DNA of 64,000 bases, from positions 34,100,001-34,164,000 of the forward strand of contig OZ024758.1 in the NCBI GenBank assembly GCA_964016885.1, given 5' to 3'. A program made the translations under genes and the position numbers. Under the pieces are notes generated by a model that searched no databases, was not told where the DNA came from, and saw only the letters and a list, made by a program, of their open reading frames with translations. Below, piece by piece: positions 12,551 to 27,050 of this stretch. Position 1 is the stretch's first letter, and every line of letters starts with the position of its first letter. The DNA comes from Eledone cirrhosa. Taxonomy: Eukaryota.

Positions 12551-15230
12551 ATTTAAGTCATGGTATTAGTTGTCAGAAGTAACTCCAATGTTGCTGAGAA
12601 TTCATTTAAATTCATGGTATTAGCTGTCAGAAGTAACTCCACTGTTGGTGAGAATTCATTTAAGTTCATGGTATTAGCTGTCAGAAGTAACTCCACTGTT
12701 GGTGAGAATTCATTTAAGTCATGGTATTAGCTGTCAGAAGTAACTCCATTGTTGGTGAGAATTCATTTAAGTCATGGTACTAGCTGTCAGAAGTAACTCC
12801 ACTGTTGGTGAGAATTCATTTAAGTTCATGGTACTAGCTGTCAGAAGTAACTCCACTGTTGGTGAGAATTCATTTAAGTTCATGGTACTAGCTGTCAGAA
12901 GTAACTCCACTGTTGGTGAGAATTCATTTAAGTTCATAGTACTAGCTGTCAGAAGTAACTCCACTGTTGGTGAGAATTCATTTAAGTTCATGGTATTAGT
13001 TTGTCAGAAGTAACTCCACTGTTGGTGAGAATTCATTTAAGTCATGGTATTAGTTGTCAGAAGTAACTCCAATGTTGGTGAGAATTCATTTAAGTCATGG
13101 TACTAGCTGTCAGAAGTAACTCCAATGTTGGTGAGAATTCATTTACGTTCATGGTATTAGCTCTCAGAAGTAACTCCACTGTTGGTGAGAATGCATTTAA
13201 GTCCATGGTATTAGCTGTCAGAAGTAACTCCATTGTTGGTGAGAATTCATTTAAGTTCATGGTATTAGCTGTCAGAAGTAACTCCACTGTTGGTGAGAAT
13301 TCATTTAAGTTCATGGTATTAGCTGTCAGAAGGAACTCCAATGTTGGTGAGAATTCATTTAAGTCATGGTACTAGCTGTCAGAAGTAACTCCACTGTTGG
13401 TGAGAATTCATTTAAGTTCATGGTATTAGCTGTCAGAAGTAACTCCACTGTTGGTGAGAATTCATTTAAGTTCATGGTATTAGCTGTCAGAAGTAACTCC
13501 ACTGTTGGTGAGAATTCATTTAAGTTCATGGTATTAGCTGTCAGAAGGAACTCCAATGTTGGTGAGAATTCATTTAAGTCATGGTACTAGCTGTCAGAAG
13601 TAAGTCCACTGTTGGTGAGAATTCATTTAAGTTCATGGTATTAGCTGTCAGAAGTAACTCCACTGTTGGTGAGAATTCATTTAAGTTCATGGTATTAGCT
13701 GTCAGAAGTAACTCCACTGTTGGTGAGAATTCATTTAAGTTCATGGTATTAGCTGTCAGAAGGAACTCCAATGTTGGTGAGAATTCATTTAAGTCATGGT
13801 ACTAGCTGTCAGAAGTAACTCCACTGTTGGTGAGAATTCATTTAAGTTCATGGTACTAGCTGTCAGAAGTAATTCCAATGTTGGTGAGAATTCATTTAAG
13901 TTCATGGTATTAGCTGTCAGAAGGAACTCCACTGTTGGTGAGAATTCATTTAAGTTCATGGTATTAGCTGTCAGAAGTAAGTCCACTGTTGGTGAGAATT
14001 CATTTAAGTTCATGGTACTAGTTGTCAGAAGTAACTCCACTGTTGGTAAGAATTCATTTTAGTTCATGGTATTAGTTGTCAGAAGTAACTCCACTGTTGG
14101 TGAGAATTCATTTAAGTCTTGGTATTAGTTGTCAGAAGTAACTCCAATGTTGGTGAGAATTCATTTAAGTTCATAGTACTAGCTGTCAGAAGTAACTCCA
14201 CTGTTGGTGAGAATTCATTTAAGTTCATGGTATTAGCTGTCAGAAGTAACTCCACTGTTGGTGAGAATTCATTTAAGTCATGGTATTAGCTGTCAGAAGT
14301 AACTCCATTGTTGGTGAGAATTCATTTAAGTCATGGTACTAGCTGTCAGACGTAACTCCAATGTTGATGAGAATTCATTTAAGTTCATGGTATTAGCTGT
14401 CAGAAGTAACTCCACTGTTGGTGAGAAATCATTTAAGTTCATGGTATTAGCTGTCAGAAGTAACTCCACTGTTGGTGAGAATTCATTTAAGTTCATGGTA
14501 CTAGCTGTCAGAAGTAACTCCACTGTTGGTGAGAATTCATTTAAGTTCATGGTATTAGTTTGTCAGAAGTAACTCCACTGTTGGTGAGAATTCATTTAAG
14601 TCATGGTATTAGTTGTCAGAAGTAACTCCAATGTTGCTGAGAATTCATTTAAATTCATGGTATTAGCTGTCAGAAGTAACTCCACTGTTGGTGAGAATTC
14701 ATTTAAGTTCATGGTATTAGCTGTCAGAAGTAACTCCACTGTTGGTGAGAATTCATTTAAGTCATGGTATTAGCTGTCAGAAGTAACTCCATTGTTGGTG
14801 AGAATTCATTTAAGTCATGGTACTAGCTGTCAGAAGTAACTCCACTGTTGGTGAGAATTCATTTAAGTTCATGGTACTAGCTGTCAGAAGTAACTCCACT
14901 GTTGGTGAGAATTCATTTAAGTTCATGGTACTAGCTGTCAGAAGTAACTCCACTGTTGGTGAGAATTCATTTAAGTTCATGGTACTAGCTGTCAGAAGTA
15001 ACTCCACTGTTGGTGAGAATTCATTTAAGTTCATGGTATTAGTTTGTCAGAAGTAACTCCACTGTTGGTGAGAATTCATTTAAGTCATGGTATTAGTTGT
15101 CACAAGTAACTCCAATGTTGGTGAGAATTCATTTAAGTCATGGTACTAGCTGTCAGAAGTAACTCCAATGTTGGTGAGAATTCATTTACGTTCATGGTAT
15201 TAGCTCTCAGAAGTAACTCCACTGTTTGTG
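12070..15230. repeat. 2,043-bp (38-monomer) offset repeat with several private substitutions
   Basis: Twins 12290/14333, 12774/14817, 13097/15140; shared GTTGCTGAGAATTCATTTAAATTC (~12590/14633). Confidence 0.75.
13255..13850. repeat. 215-bp tetramer (4 monomers, one with the 1-bp deletion) repeated about 3 times
   Basis: AAGGAACTCCAATG...AAGTCATGGTAC recurs with ORF starts at 13366, 13581, 13796 (spacing 215). Confidence 0.8.
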
Positions 15231-17779
15231 AGAATTCATTTAAGTTCATGGTATTAGCTGTCAGAAGTAACTCCACTGTTGGTGAGAATTCATTTAAGTT
15301 CATGGTATTAGCTGTCAGAAGGAACTCCAATGTTGGTGAGAATTCATTTAAGTCATGGTACTAGCTGTCAGAAGTAACTCCACTGTTGGTGAGAATTCAT
15401 TTAAGTTCATGGTATTAGCTGTCAGAAGTAACTCCACTGTTGGTGAGAATTCATTTAAGTTCATGGTACTAGCTGTCAGAAGTAACTCCACTGTTGGTGA
15501 GAATTCATTTAAGTTCATGGTACTAGCTGTCAGAAGTAACTCCACTGTTGGTGAGAATTCATTTAAGTTCATGGTACTAGCTGTCAGAAGTAACTCCAAT
15601 GTTGGTGAGAATTCATTTAAGTTCATGGTATTAGCTGTCAGAAGTAACTCCACTGTTGGTGAGAATTCATTTAAGTTCATGGTACTAGCTGTCAGAAGTA
15701 ACTCCACTGTTGGTGAGAATTCATTTAAGTTCATGGTATTAGCTGTCAGAAGTCACTCCAATGTTGGTGAGAATTCATTTAAGTTCGTGGTATTAGCTGT
15801 CAGAAGTAACTCCACTGTTGGTGAGAATTCATTTAAGTTCATGGTATTAGCTGTCAGAAGTAACTCCACTGTTGGTGAGAATTCATTTAAGTTCATGGTA
15901 TTAGCTGTCAGAAGTAACTCCATTGTTGGTGAGAATTCATTTAAGTCATGGTACTAGCTGTCAGAAGTAACTCCACTGTTGGTGAGAATTCATTTAAGTT
16001 CATGGTACTAGCTGTCAGAAGTAACTCCACTGTTGGTGAGAATTCATTTAAGTTCATGGTACTAGCTGTCAGAAGTAACTCCACTGTTGGTGAGAATTCA
16101 TTTAAGTTCATGGTACTAGCTGTCAGAAGTAACTCCACTGTTGGTGAGAATTCATTTAAGTTCATGGTATTAGTTTGTCAGAAGTAACTCCACTGTTGGT
16201 GAGAATTCATTTAAGTCATGGTATTAGTTGTCACAAGTAACTCCAATGTTGGTGAGAATTCATTTAAGTCATGGTACTAGCTGTCAGAAGTAACTCCACT
16301 GTTGGTGAGAATTCATTTAAGTTCATGGTATTAGCTGTCAGAAGTAACTCCACTGTTGGTGAGAATTCATTTAAGTTCATGGTATTAGCTCTCAGAAGTA
16401 ACTCCACTGTTGGTGAGAATGCATTTAAGTTCATGGTATTAGCTGTCAGAAGTAACTCCACTGTTGGTGAGAATTCATTTAAGTTCATGGTATTAGCTGT
16501 CAGAAGTAACTCCACTGTTGGTGAGAATTCATTTAAGTTCATGGTATTAGCTGTCAGAAGGAACTCCAATGTTGGTGAGAATTCATTTAAGTTCATGGTA
16601 CTAGCTGTCAGAAGTAACTCCACTGTTGGTGAGAATTCATTTAAGTTCATGGTATTAGCTGTCAGAAGTAACTCCACTGTTGGTGAGAATTCATTTAAGT
16701 TCATGGTACTAGCTGTCAGAAGTAACTCCACTGTTGGTGAGAATTCATTTAAGTTCATGGTACTAGCTGTCAGAAGTAACTCCAATGTTGGTGAGAATTC
16801 ATTTAAGTTCATGGTATTAGCTGTCAGAAGTAACTCCACTGTTGGTGAGAATTCATTTAAGTTCATGGTACTAGCTGTCAGAAGTAACTCCACTGTTGGT
16901 GAGAATTCATTTAAGTTCATGGTATTAGCTGTCAGAAGTCACTCCAATGTTGGTGAGAATTCATTTAAGTTCGTGGTATTAGCTGTCAGAAGTAACTCCA
17001 CTGTTGTTGAGAATTCATTTAAGTTCATGGTATTAGCTGTCAGAAGTAACTCCACTGTTGGTGAGAATTCATTTAAGTTCATGGTATTAGCTGTCAGAAG
17101 TAACTCCACTGTTGGTGAGTATACATTTAAGTTCATGGTATTAGCTGTCAGAAGGAACTCCAATGTTGGTGAGAATTCATTTAAGTCATGGTACTAGCTG
17201 TCAGAAGTAACTCCACTGTTGGTGAGAATTCATTTAAGTTCATGGTACTAGCTGTCAGAAGTAACTCCAATGTTGGTGAGAATTCATTTAAGTTCATGGT
17301 ATTAGCTGTCAGAAGGAACTCCACTGTTGGTGAGAATTCATTTAAGTTCATGGTATTAGCTGTCAGAAGTAAGTCCACTGTTGGTGAGAATTCATTTAAG
17401 TTCATGGTACTAGTTGTCAGAAGTAACTCCACTGTTGGTAAGAATTCATTTTAGTTCATGGTATTAGTTGTCAGAAGTAACTCCACTGTTGGTGAGAATT
17501 CATTTAAGTCTTGGTATTAGTTGTCAGAAGTAACTCCAATGCTGGTGAGAATTCATTTAAGTTCATGGTACTAGCTGTCAGAAGTAACTCCACTGTTGGT
17601 GAGAATTCATTTAAGTTCATGGTATTAGCTGTCAGAAGTAACTCCACTGTTGGTGAGAATTCATTTAAGTCATGGTATTAGCTGTCAGAAGTAACTCCAT
17701 TGTTGGTGAGAATTCATTTAAGTCATGGTACTAGCTGTCAGAAGTAACTCCAATGTTGATGAGAATTCATTTAAGTTCA

Positions 17780-20700
17780 TGGTATTAGCTGTCAGAAGTA
17801 ACTCCACTGTTGGTGAGAATTCATTTAAGTTCATGGTATTAGCTGTCAGAAGTAACTCCACTGTTGGTGAGAATTCATTTAAGTTCATGGTACTAGCTGT
17901 CAGAAGTAACTCCACTGTTGGTGAGAATTCATTTAAGTTCATGGTATTAGTTTGTCAGAAGTAACTCCACTGTTGGTGAGAATTCATTTAAGTCATGGTA
18001 TTAGTTGTCAGAAGTAACTCCAATGTTGCTGAGAATTCATTTAAGTTCATGGTATTAGCTGTCAGAAGTAACTCCAATGTTGGTGAGAATTCATTTAAGT
18101 TCATGGTATTAGCTGTCAGAAGTAACTCCACTGTTGGTGAGAATTCATTTAAGTCATGGTATTAGCTGTCAGAAGTAACTCCATTGTTGGTGAGAATTCA
18201 TTTAAGCCATGGTACTAGCTGTCAGAAGTAACTCCACTGTTGGTGAGAATTCATTTAAGTTCATGGTACTAGCTGTCAGAAGTAACTCCACTGTTGGTGA
18301 GAATTCATTTAAGTTCAAGGTATTAGTTTGTCAGAAGTAACTCTACTGTTGGTGAGAATTCATTTAAGTCATGGTATTAGTTGTCAGAAGTAACTCCAAT
18401 GTTGGTGAGAATTCATTTAAGTCATGGTACTAGCTGTCAGAAGTAACTCCAATGTTGGTGAGAATTCATTTACGTTCATGGTATTAGCTCTCAGAAGTAA
18501 CTCCACTGTTGGTGAGAATTCATTTAAGTTCATGGTATTAGCTGTCAGAAGTAACTCCACTGTTGGTGAGAATTCATTTAAGTTCATGGTATTAGCTGTC
18601 AGAAGGAACTCCAATGTTGGTGAGAATTCATTTAAGTCATGGTACTAGCTGTCAGAAGTAACTCCACTGTTGGTGAGAATTCATTTAAGTTCATGTTATT
18701 AGCTGTCAGAAGGAACGCCACTGTTGGTGAGAATTCATTTAAGTTCATGGTATTAGCTGTCAGAAGTAACTCCACTGTTGGTGAGAATTCATTTAAGTCT
18801 TGGTATTAGTTGTCAGAAGTAACTCCAATGTTGGTGAGAATTCATTTAAGTTCATGGTACTAGCTGTCAGAAGTAACTCCACTGTTGGTGAGAATTCATT
18901 TAAGTTCATGGTATTAGCTGTCAGAAGTAACTCCACTGTTGGTGAGAATTCATTTAAGTCATGGTATTAGCTCTCAGAAGTAACTCCATTGTTGGTGAGA
19001 ATTCATTTAAGTCATGGTACTAGCTGTCAGAAGTAACTCCAATGTTGATGAGAATTCATTTAAGTTCATGGTATTAGCTGTCAGAAGTAACTCCACTGTT
19101 GGTGAGAATTCATTTAAGTTCATGGTATTAGCTGTCAGAAGTAACTCCACTGTTGGTGAGAATTCATTTAAGTTCATGGTACTAGCTGTCAGAAGTAACT
19201 CCACTGTTGGTGAGAATTCATTTAAGTTCATGGTATTAGTTTGTCAGAAGTAACTCCACTGTTGGTGAGAATTCATTTAAGTCATGGTATTAGTTGTCAG
19301 AAGTAACTCCAATGTTGCTGAGAATTCATTTAAGTTCATGGTATTAGCTGTCAGAAGTAACTCCACTGTTGGTGAGAATTCATTTAAGTTCATGGTATTA
19401 GCTGTCAGAAGTAACTCCACTGTTGGTGAGAATTCATTTAAGTCATGGTATTAGCTGTCAGAAGTAACTCCATTGTTGGTGAGAATTCATTTAAGTCATG
19501 GTATTAGTTGTCAGAAGTAACTCCAATGTTGGTGAGAATTCATTTAAGTCATGGTACTAGCTGTCAGAAGTAACTCCAATGTTGGTGAGAATTCATTTAA
19601 GTTCATGGTATTAGCTGTCAGAAGTAACTCCACTGTTGGTGAGAATTCATTTAAGTTCATGGTATTAGCTGTCAGAAGTAACTCCACTGTTGGTGAGAAT
19701 TCATTTAAGTTCATGGTACTAGCTGTCAGAAGTAACTCCACTGTTGGTGAGAATTCATTTAAGTTCATGGTATTAGCTGTCAGAAGTAACTCCAATGTTG
19801 GTGAGAATTCATTTAAGTTCATGGTATTAGCTGTCAGAAGTAACTCCACTGTTGGTGAGAATTCATTTAAGTTCAAGGTATTAGTTTGTCAGAAGTAACT
19901 CCACTGTTGGTGAGAATTCATTTAAGTCATGGTATTAGTTGTCAGAAGTAACTCCAATGTTGGTGAGAATTCATTTAAGTCATGGTACTAGCTGTCAGAA
20001 GTAACTCCGATGTTGGTGAGAATTCATTTACGTTCATGGTATTAGCTCTCAGAAGTAACTCCACTGTTGGTGAGAATTCATTTAAGTTCATGGTATTAGC
20101 TGTCAGAAGTAACTCCACTGTTGGTGAGAATTCATTTAAGTTCATGGTATTAGCTGTCAGAAGTAACTCCACTGTTGGTGAGAATTCATTTAAGTTCATG
20201 GTATTAGCTGTCAGAAGGAACTCCAATGTTGGTGAGAATTCATTTAAGTCATGGTACTAGCTGTCAGAAGTAACTCCACTGTTGGTGAGAATTCATTTAA
20301 GTTCATGTTATTAGCTGTCAGAAGGAACGCCACTGTTGGTGAGAATTCATTTAAGTTCATGGTATTAGCTGTCAGAAGTAACTCCACTGTTGGTGAGAAT
20401 TCATTTAAGTCTTGGTATTAGTTGTCAGAAGTAACTCCAATGTTGGTGAGAATTCATTTAAGTTCATGGTACTAGCTGTCAGAAGTAACTCCACTGTTGG
20501 TGAGAATTCATTTAAGTTCATGGTATTAGCTGTCAGAAGTAACTCCACTGTTGGTGAGAATTCATTTAAGTCATGGTATTAGCTCTCAGAAGTAACTCCA
20601 TTGTTGGTGAGAATTCATTTAAGTCATGGTACTAGCTGTCAGAAGTAACTCCAATGTTGATGAGAATTCATTTAAGTTCATGGTATTAGCTGTCAGAAGT

Positions 20701-23700
20701 AACTCCACTGTTGGTGAGAATTCATTTAAGTTCATGGTATTAGCTGTCAGAAGTAACTCCACTGTTGGTGAGAATTCATTTAAGTTCATGGTATTAGCTG
20801 TCAGAAGTAACTCCACTGTTGGTGAGAATTCATTTAAGTTCATGGTACTAGCTGTCAGAAGTAACTCCACTGTTGGTGAGAATTCATTTAAGTTCATGGT
20901 ATTAGTTTGTCAGAAGTAACTCCACTGTTGGTGAGAATTCATTTAAGTCATGGTATTAGTTGTCAGAAGTAACTCCAATGTTGCTGAGAATTCATTTAAG
21001 TTCATGGTATTAGCTGTCAGAAGTAACTCCAATGTTGGTGAGAATTCATTTAAGTTCATGGTATTAGCTGTCAGAAGTAACTCCACTGTTGGTGAGAATT
21101 CATTTAAGTCATGGTATTAGCTGTCAGAAGTAACTCCATTGTTGGTGAGAATTCATTTAAGCCATGGTACTAGCTGTCAGAAGTAACTCCACTGTTGGTG
21201 AGAATTCATTTAAGTTCATGGTACTAGCTGTCAGAAGTAACTCCACTGTTGGTGAGAATTCATTTAAGTTCAAGGTATTAGTTTGTCAGAAGTAACTCTA
21301 CTGTTGGTGAGAATTCATTTAAGTCATGGTATTAGTTGTCAGAAGTAACTCCAATGTTGGTGAGAATTCATTTAAGTCATGGTACTAGCTGTCAGAAGTA
21401 ACTCCAATGTTGGTGAGAATTCATTTACGTTCATGGTATTAGCTCTCAGAAGTAACTCCACTGTTGGTGAGAATTCATTTAAGTTCATGGTATTAGCTGT
21501 CAGAAGTAACTCCACTGTTGGTGAGAATTCATTTAAGTTCATGGTATTAGCTGTCAGAAGGAACTCCAATGTTGGTGAGAATTCATTTAAGTCATGGTAC
21601 TAGCTGTCAGAAGTAACTCCACTGTTGGTGAGAATTCATTTAAGTTCATGTTATTAGCTGTCAGAAGGAACGCCACTGTTGGTGAGAATTCATTTAAGTT
21701 CATGGTATTAGCTGTCAGAAGTAACTCCACTGTTGGTGAGAATTCATTTAAGTCTTGGTATTAGTTGTCAGAAGTAACTCCAATGTTGGTGAGAATTCAT
21801 TTAAGTTCATGGTACTAGCTGTCAGAAGTAACTCCACTGTTGGTGAGAATTCATTTAAGTTCATGGTATTAGCTGTCAGAAGTAACTCCACTGTTGGTGA
21901 GAATTCATTTAAGTCATGGTATTAGCTCTCAGAAGTAACTCCATTGTTGGTGAGAATTCATTTAAGTCATGGTACTAGCTGTCAGAAGTAACTCCAATGT
22001 TGATGAGAATTCATTTAAGTTCATGGTATTAGCTGTCAGAAGTAACTCCACTGTTGGTGAGAATTCATTTAAGTACATGGTATTAGCTGTCAGAAGTAAC
22101 TCCACTGTTGGTGAGAATTCATTTAAGTTCATGGTACTAGCTGTCAGAAGTAACTCCACTGTTGGTGAGAATTCATTTAAGTTCATGGTATTAGTTTGTC
22201 AGAAGTAACTCCACTGTTGGTGAGAATTCATTTAAGTCATGGTATTAGTTGTCAGAAGTAACTCCAATGTTGCTGAGAATTCATTTAAGTTCATGGTATT
22301 AGCTGTCAGAAGTAACTCCACTGTTGGTGAGAATTCATTTAAGTTCATGGTATTAGCTGTCAGAAGTAACTCCACTGTTGGTGAGAATTCATTTAAGTCA
22401 TGGTATTAGCTGTCAGAAGTAACTCCATTGTTGGTGAGAATTCATTTAAGTCATGGTATTAGTTGTCAGAAGTAACTCCAATGTTGGTGAGAATTCATTT
22501 AAGTCATGGTACTAGCTGTCAGAAGTAACTCCAATGTTGGTGAGAATTCATTTAAGTTCATGGTATTAGCTGTCAGAAGTAACTCCACTGTTGGTGAGAA
22601 TTCATTTAAGTTCATGGTATTAGCTGTCAGAAGTAACTCCACTGTTGGTGAGAATTCATTTAAGTTCATGGTACTAGCTGTCAGAAGTAACTCCACTGTT
22701 GGTGAGAATTCATTTAAGTTCATGGTATTAGCTGTCAGAAGTAACTCCAATGTTGGTGAGAATTCATTTAAGTTCATGGTATTAGCTGTCAGAAGTAACT
22801 CCACTGTTGGTGAGAATTCATTTAAGTTCAAGGTATTAGTTTGTCAGAAGTAACTCCACTGTTGGTGAGAATTCATTTAAGTCATGGTATTAGTTGTCAG
22901 AAGTAACTCCAATGTTGGTGAGAATTCATTTAAGTCATGGTACTAGCTGTCAGAAGTAACTCCGATGTTGGTGAGAATTCATTTACGTTCATGGTATTAG
23001 CTCTCAGAAGTAACTCCACTGTTGGTGAGAATTCATTTAAGTTCATGGTATTAGCTGTCAGAAGTAACTCCACTGTTGGTGAGAATTCATTTAAGTTCAT
23101 GGTATTAGCTGTCAGAAGTAACTCCACTGTTGGTGAGAATTCATTTAAGTTCATGGTATTAGCTGTCAGAAGGAACTCCAATGTTGGTGAGAATTCATTT
23201 AAGTCATGGTACTAGCTGTCAGAAGTAACTCCACTGTTGGTGAGAATTCATTTAAGTTCATGTTATTAGCTGTCAGAAGGAACGCCACTGTTGGTGAGAA
23301 TTCATTTAAGTTCATGGTATTAGCTGTCAGAAGTAACTCCACTGTTGGTGAGAATTCATTTAAGTCTTGGTATTAGTTGTCAGAAGTAACTCCAATGTTG
23401 GTGAGAATTCATTTAAGTTCATGGTACTAGCTGTCAGAAGTAACTCCACTGTTGGTGAGAATTCATTTAAGTTCATGGTATTAGCTGTCAGAAGTAACTC
23501 CACTGTTGGTGAGAATTCATTTAAGTCATGGTATTAGCTCTCAGAAGTAACTCCATTGTTGGTGAGAATTCATTTAAGTCATGGTACTAGCTGTCAGAAG
23601 TAACTCCAATGTTGATGAGAATTCATTTAAGTTCATGGTATTAGCTGTCAGAAGTAACTCCACTGTTGGTGAGAATTCATTTAAGTTCATGGTATTAGCT
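17780..23700. repeat. 2,955-bp (55-monomer) tandem duplication
   Basis: Twins 18424/21379, 19014/21969, 19551/22506, 19982/22937; rare markers AAGCCATGG (~18204/21159), CTCTACTG (~18341/21296), TCCGATG (~20006/22961). Confidence 0.9.
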
Positions 23701-25419
23701 GTCAGAAGTAACTCCACTGTTGGTGAGAATTCATTTAAGTTCATGGTACTAGCTGTCAGAAGTAACTCCACTGTTGGTGAGAATTCATTTAAGTTCATGG
23801 TATTAGTTTGTCAGAAGTAACTCCACTGTTGGTGAGAATTCATTTAAGTCATGGTATTAGTTGTCAGAAGTAACTCCAATGTTGCTGAGAATTCATTTAA
23901 GTTCATGGTATTAGCTGTCAGAAGTAACTCCACTGTTGGTGAGAATTCATTTAAGTTCATGGTATTAGCTGTCAGAAGTAACTCCACTGTTGGTGAGAAT
24001 TCATTTAAGTCATGGTATTAGCTGTCAGAAGTAACTCCATTGTTGGTGAGAATTCATTTAAGTCATGGTATTAGTTGTCAGAAGTAACTCCAATGTTGGT
24101 GAGAATTCATTTAAGTCATGGTACTAGCTGTCAGAAGTAACTCCAATGTTGGTGAGAATTCATTTAAGTTCATGGTATTACCTGTCAGAAGTAACTCCAC
24201 TGTTGGTGAGAATTCATTTAAGTTCATGGTATTAGCTGTCAGAAGTAACTCCACTGTTGGTGAGAATTCATTTAAGTTCATGGTACTAGCTGTCAGAAGT
24301 AACTCCACTGTTGGTGAGAATTCATTTAAGTTCATGGTATTAGCTGTCAGAAGTAACTCCAATGTTGGTGAGAATTCATTTAAGTTCATGGTATTAGCTG
24401 TCAGAAGTAACTCCACTGTTGGTGAGAATTCATTTAAGTTCATGGTATTAGCTGTCAGAAGTAACTCCACTGTTGGTGAGAATTCATTTAAGTTCATGGT
24501 ACTAGCTGTCAGAAGTAACTCCACTGTTGGTGAGAATTCATTTAAGTTCATGGTATTAGTTTGTCAGAAGTAACTCCACTGTTGGTGAGAATTCATTTAA
24601 GTCATGGTATTAGTTGTCAGAAGTAACTCCAATGTTGGTGAGAATTCATTTAAGTCATGGTACTAGCTGTCAGAAGTAACTCCAATGTTGGTGAGAATTC
24701 ATTTACGTTCATGGTATTAGCTCTCAGAAGTAACTCCACTGTTGGTGAGAATTCATTTAAGTTCATGGTATTAGCTGTCAGAGGTAACTCCACTGTTGGT
24801 GAGAATTCATTTAAGTTCATGGTATTAGCTGTCAGAAGTAACTCCACTGTTGGTGAGAATTCATTTAAGTTCATGGTATTAGCTGTCAGAAGGAACTCCA
24901 ATGTTGGTGAGAATTCATTTAAGTCATGGTACTAGCTGTCAGAAGTAACTCCACTGTTGGTGAGAATTCATTTAAGTTCATGTTATTAGCTGTCAGAAGG
25001 AACGCCACTGTTGGTGAGAATTCATTTAAGTTCATGGTATTAGCTGTCAGAAGTAACTCCACTGTTGGTGAGAATTCATTTAAGTCTTGGTATTAGTTGT
25101 CAGAAGTAACTCCAATGTTGGTGAGAATTCATTTAAGTTCATGGTACTAGCTGTCAGAAGTAACTCCACTGTTGGTGAGAATTCATTTAAGTTCATGGTA
25201 TTAGCTGTCAGAAGTAACTCCACTGTTGGTGAGAATTCATTTAAGTCATGGTATTAGCTCTCAGAAGTAACTCCATTGTTGGTGAGAATTCATTTAAGTC
25301 ATGGTACTAGCTGTCAGAAGTAACTCCAATGTTGATGAGAATTCATTTAAGTTCATGGTATTAGCTGTCAGAAGTAACTCCACTGTGGTGAGAATTCATT
25401 TAAGTTCATGGTATTAGCT

Positions 25420-27050
25420 GTCAGAAGTAACTCCACTGTTGGTGAGAATTCATTTAAGTTCATGGTATTAGTTTGTCAGAAGTAACTCCACTGTTGGTGA
25501 GAATTCATTTAAGTCATGGTATTAGTTGTCAGAAGTAACTCCAATGTTGCTGAGAATTCATTTAAGTTCATGGTACTAGCTGTCAGAAGTAACTCCACTG
25601 TTGGTGAGAATTCATTTAAGTTCATGGTACTAGCTGTCAGAAGTAACTCCACTGTTGGTGAGAATTCATTTAAGTTCATGGTATTAGTTTGTCAGAAGTA
25701 ACTCCACTGTTGGTGAGAATTCATTTAAGTCATGGTATTAGTTGTCACAAGTAACTCCAATGTTGGTGAGAATTCATTTAAGTCATGGTACTAGCTGTCA
25801 GAAGTAACTCCAATGTTGGTGAGAATTCATTTACGTTCATGGTATTAGCTCTCAGAAGTAACTCCACTGTTGGTGAGAATGCATTTAAGTTCATGGTATT
25901 AGCTGTCAGAAGTAACTCCACTGTTGGTGAGAATCCATTTAAGTTCATGGTATTAGCTGTCAGAAGTAACTCCACTGTTGGTGAGAATTCATTTAAGTCA
26001 TGGTACTAGCTGTCAGAAGTAACTCCACTGTTGGTGAGAATTCATTTAAGTTCATGTTATTAGCTGTCAGAAGGAACGCCACTGTTGGTGAGAATTCATT
26101 TAAGTTCATGGTATTAGCTGTCAGAAGTAACTCCACTGTTGGTGAGAATTCATTTAAGTCTTGGTATTAGTTGTCAGAAGTAACTCCAATGTTGGTGAGA
26201 ATTCATTTAAGTTCATGGTACTAGCTGTCAGAAGTAACTCCACTGTTGGTGAGAATTCATTTAAGTTCATGGTATTAGCTGTCAGAAGTAACTCCACTGT
26301 TGGTGAGAATTCATTTAAGTCATGGTATTAGCTCTCAGAAGTAACTCCATTGTTGGTGAGAATTCATTTAAGTCATGGTACTAGCTGTCAGAAGTAACTC
26401 CAATGTTGATGAGAATTCATTTAAGTTCATGGTATTAGCTGTCAGAAGTAACTCCACTGTTGGTGAGAATTCATTTAAGTTCATGGTATTAGCTGTCAGA
26501 AGTAACTCCACTGTTGGTGAGAATTCATTTAAGTTCATGGTACTAGCTGTCAGAAGTAACTCCACTGTTGGTGAGAATTCATTTAAGTTCATGGTATTAG
26601 TTTGTCAGAAGTAACTCCACTGTTGGTGAGAATTCATTTAAGTCATGGTATTAGTTGTCAGAAGTAACTCCAATGTTGCTGAGAATTCATTTAAGTTCAT
26701 GGTACTAGCTGTCAGAAGTAACTCCACTGTTGGTGAGAATTCATTTAAGTTCATGGTACTAGCTGTCAGAAGTAACTCCACTGTTGGTGAGAATTCATTT
26801 AAGTTCATGGTATTAGTTTGTCAGAAGTAACTCCACTGTTGGTGAGAATTCATTTAAGTCATGGTATTAGTTGTCACAAGTAACTCCAATGTTGGTGAGA
26901 ATTCATTTAAGTCATGGTACTAGCTGTCAGAAGTAACTCCAATGTTGGTGAGAATTCATTTACGTTCATGGTATTAGCTCTCAGAAGTAACTCCACTGTT
27001 GGTGAGAATGCATTTAAGTTCATGGTATTAGCTGTCAGAAGTAACTCCAC
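25420..27050. repeat. 1,129-bp (21-monomer) offset repeat, also present in the sister copy at ~40.2-41.9 kb
   Basis: Twins 25516/26645, 25785/26914 and 40313/41442, 40582/41711. Confidence 0.75.
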
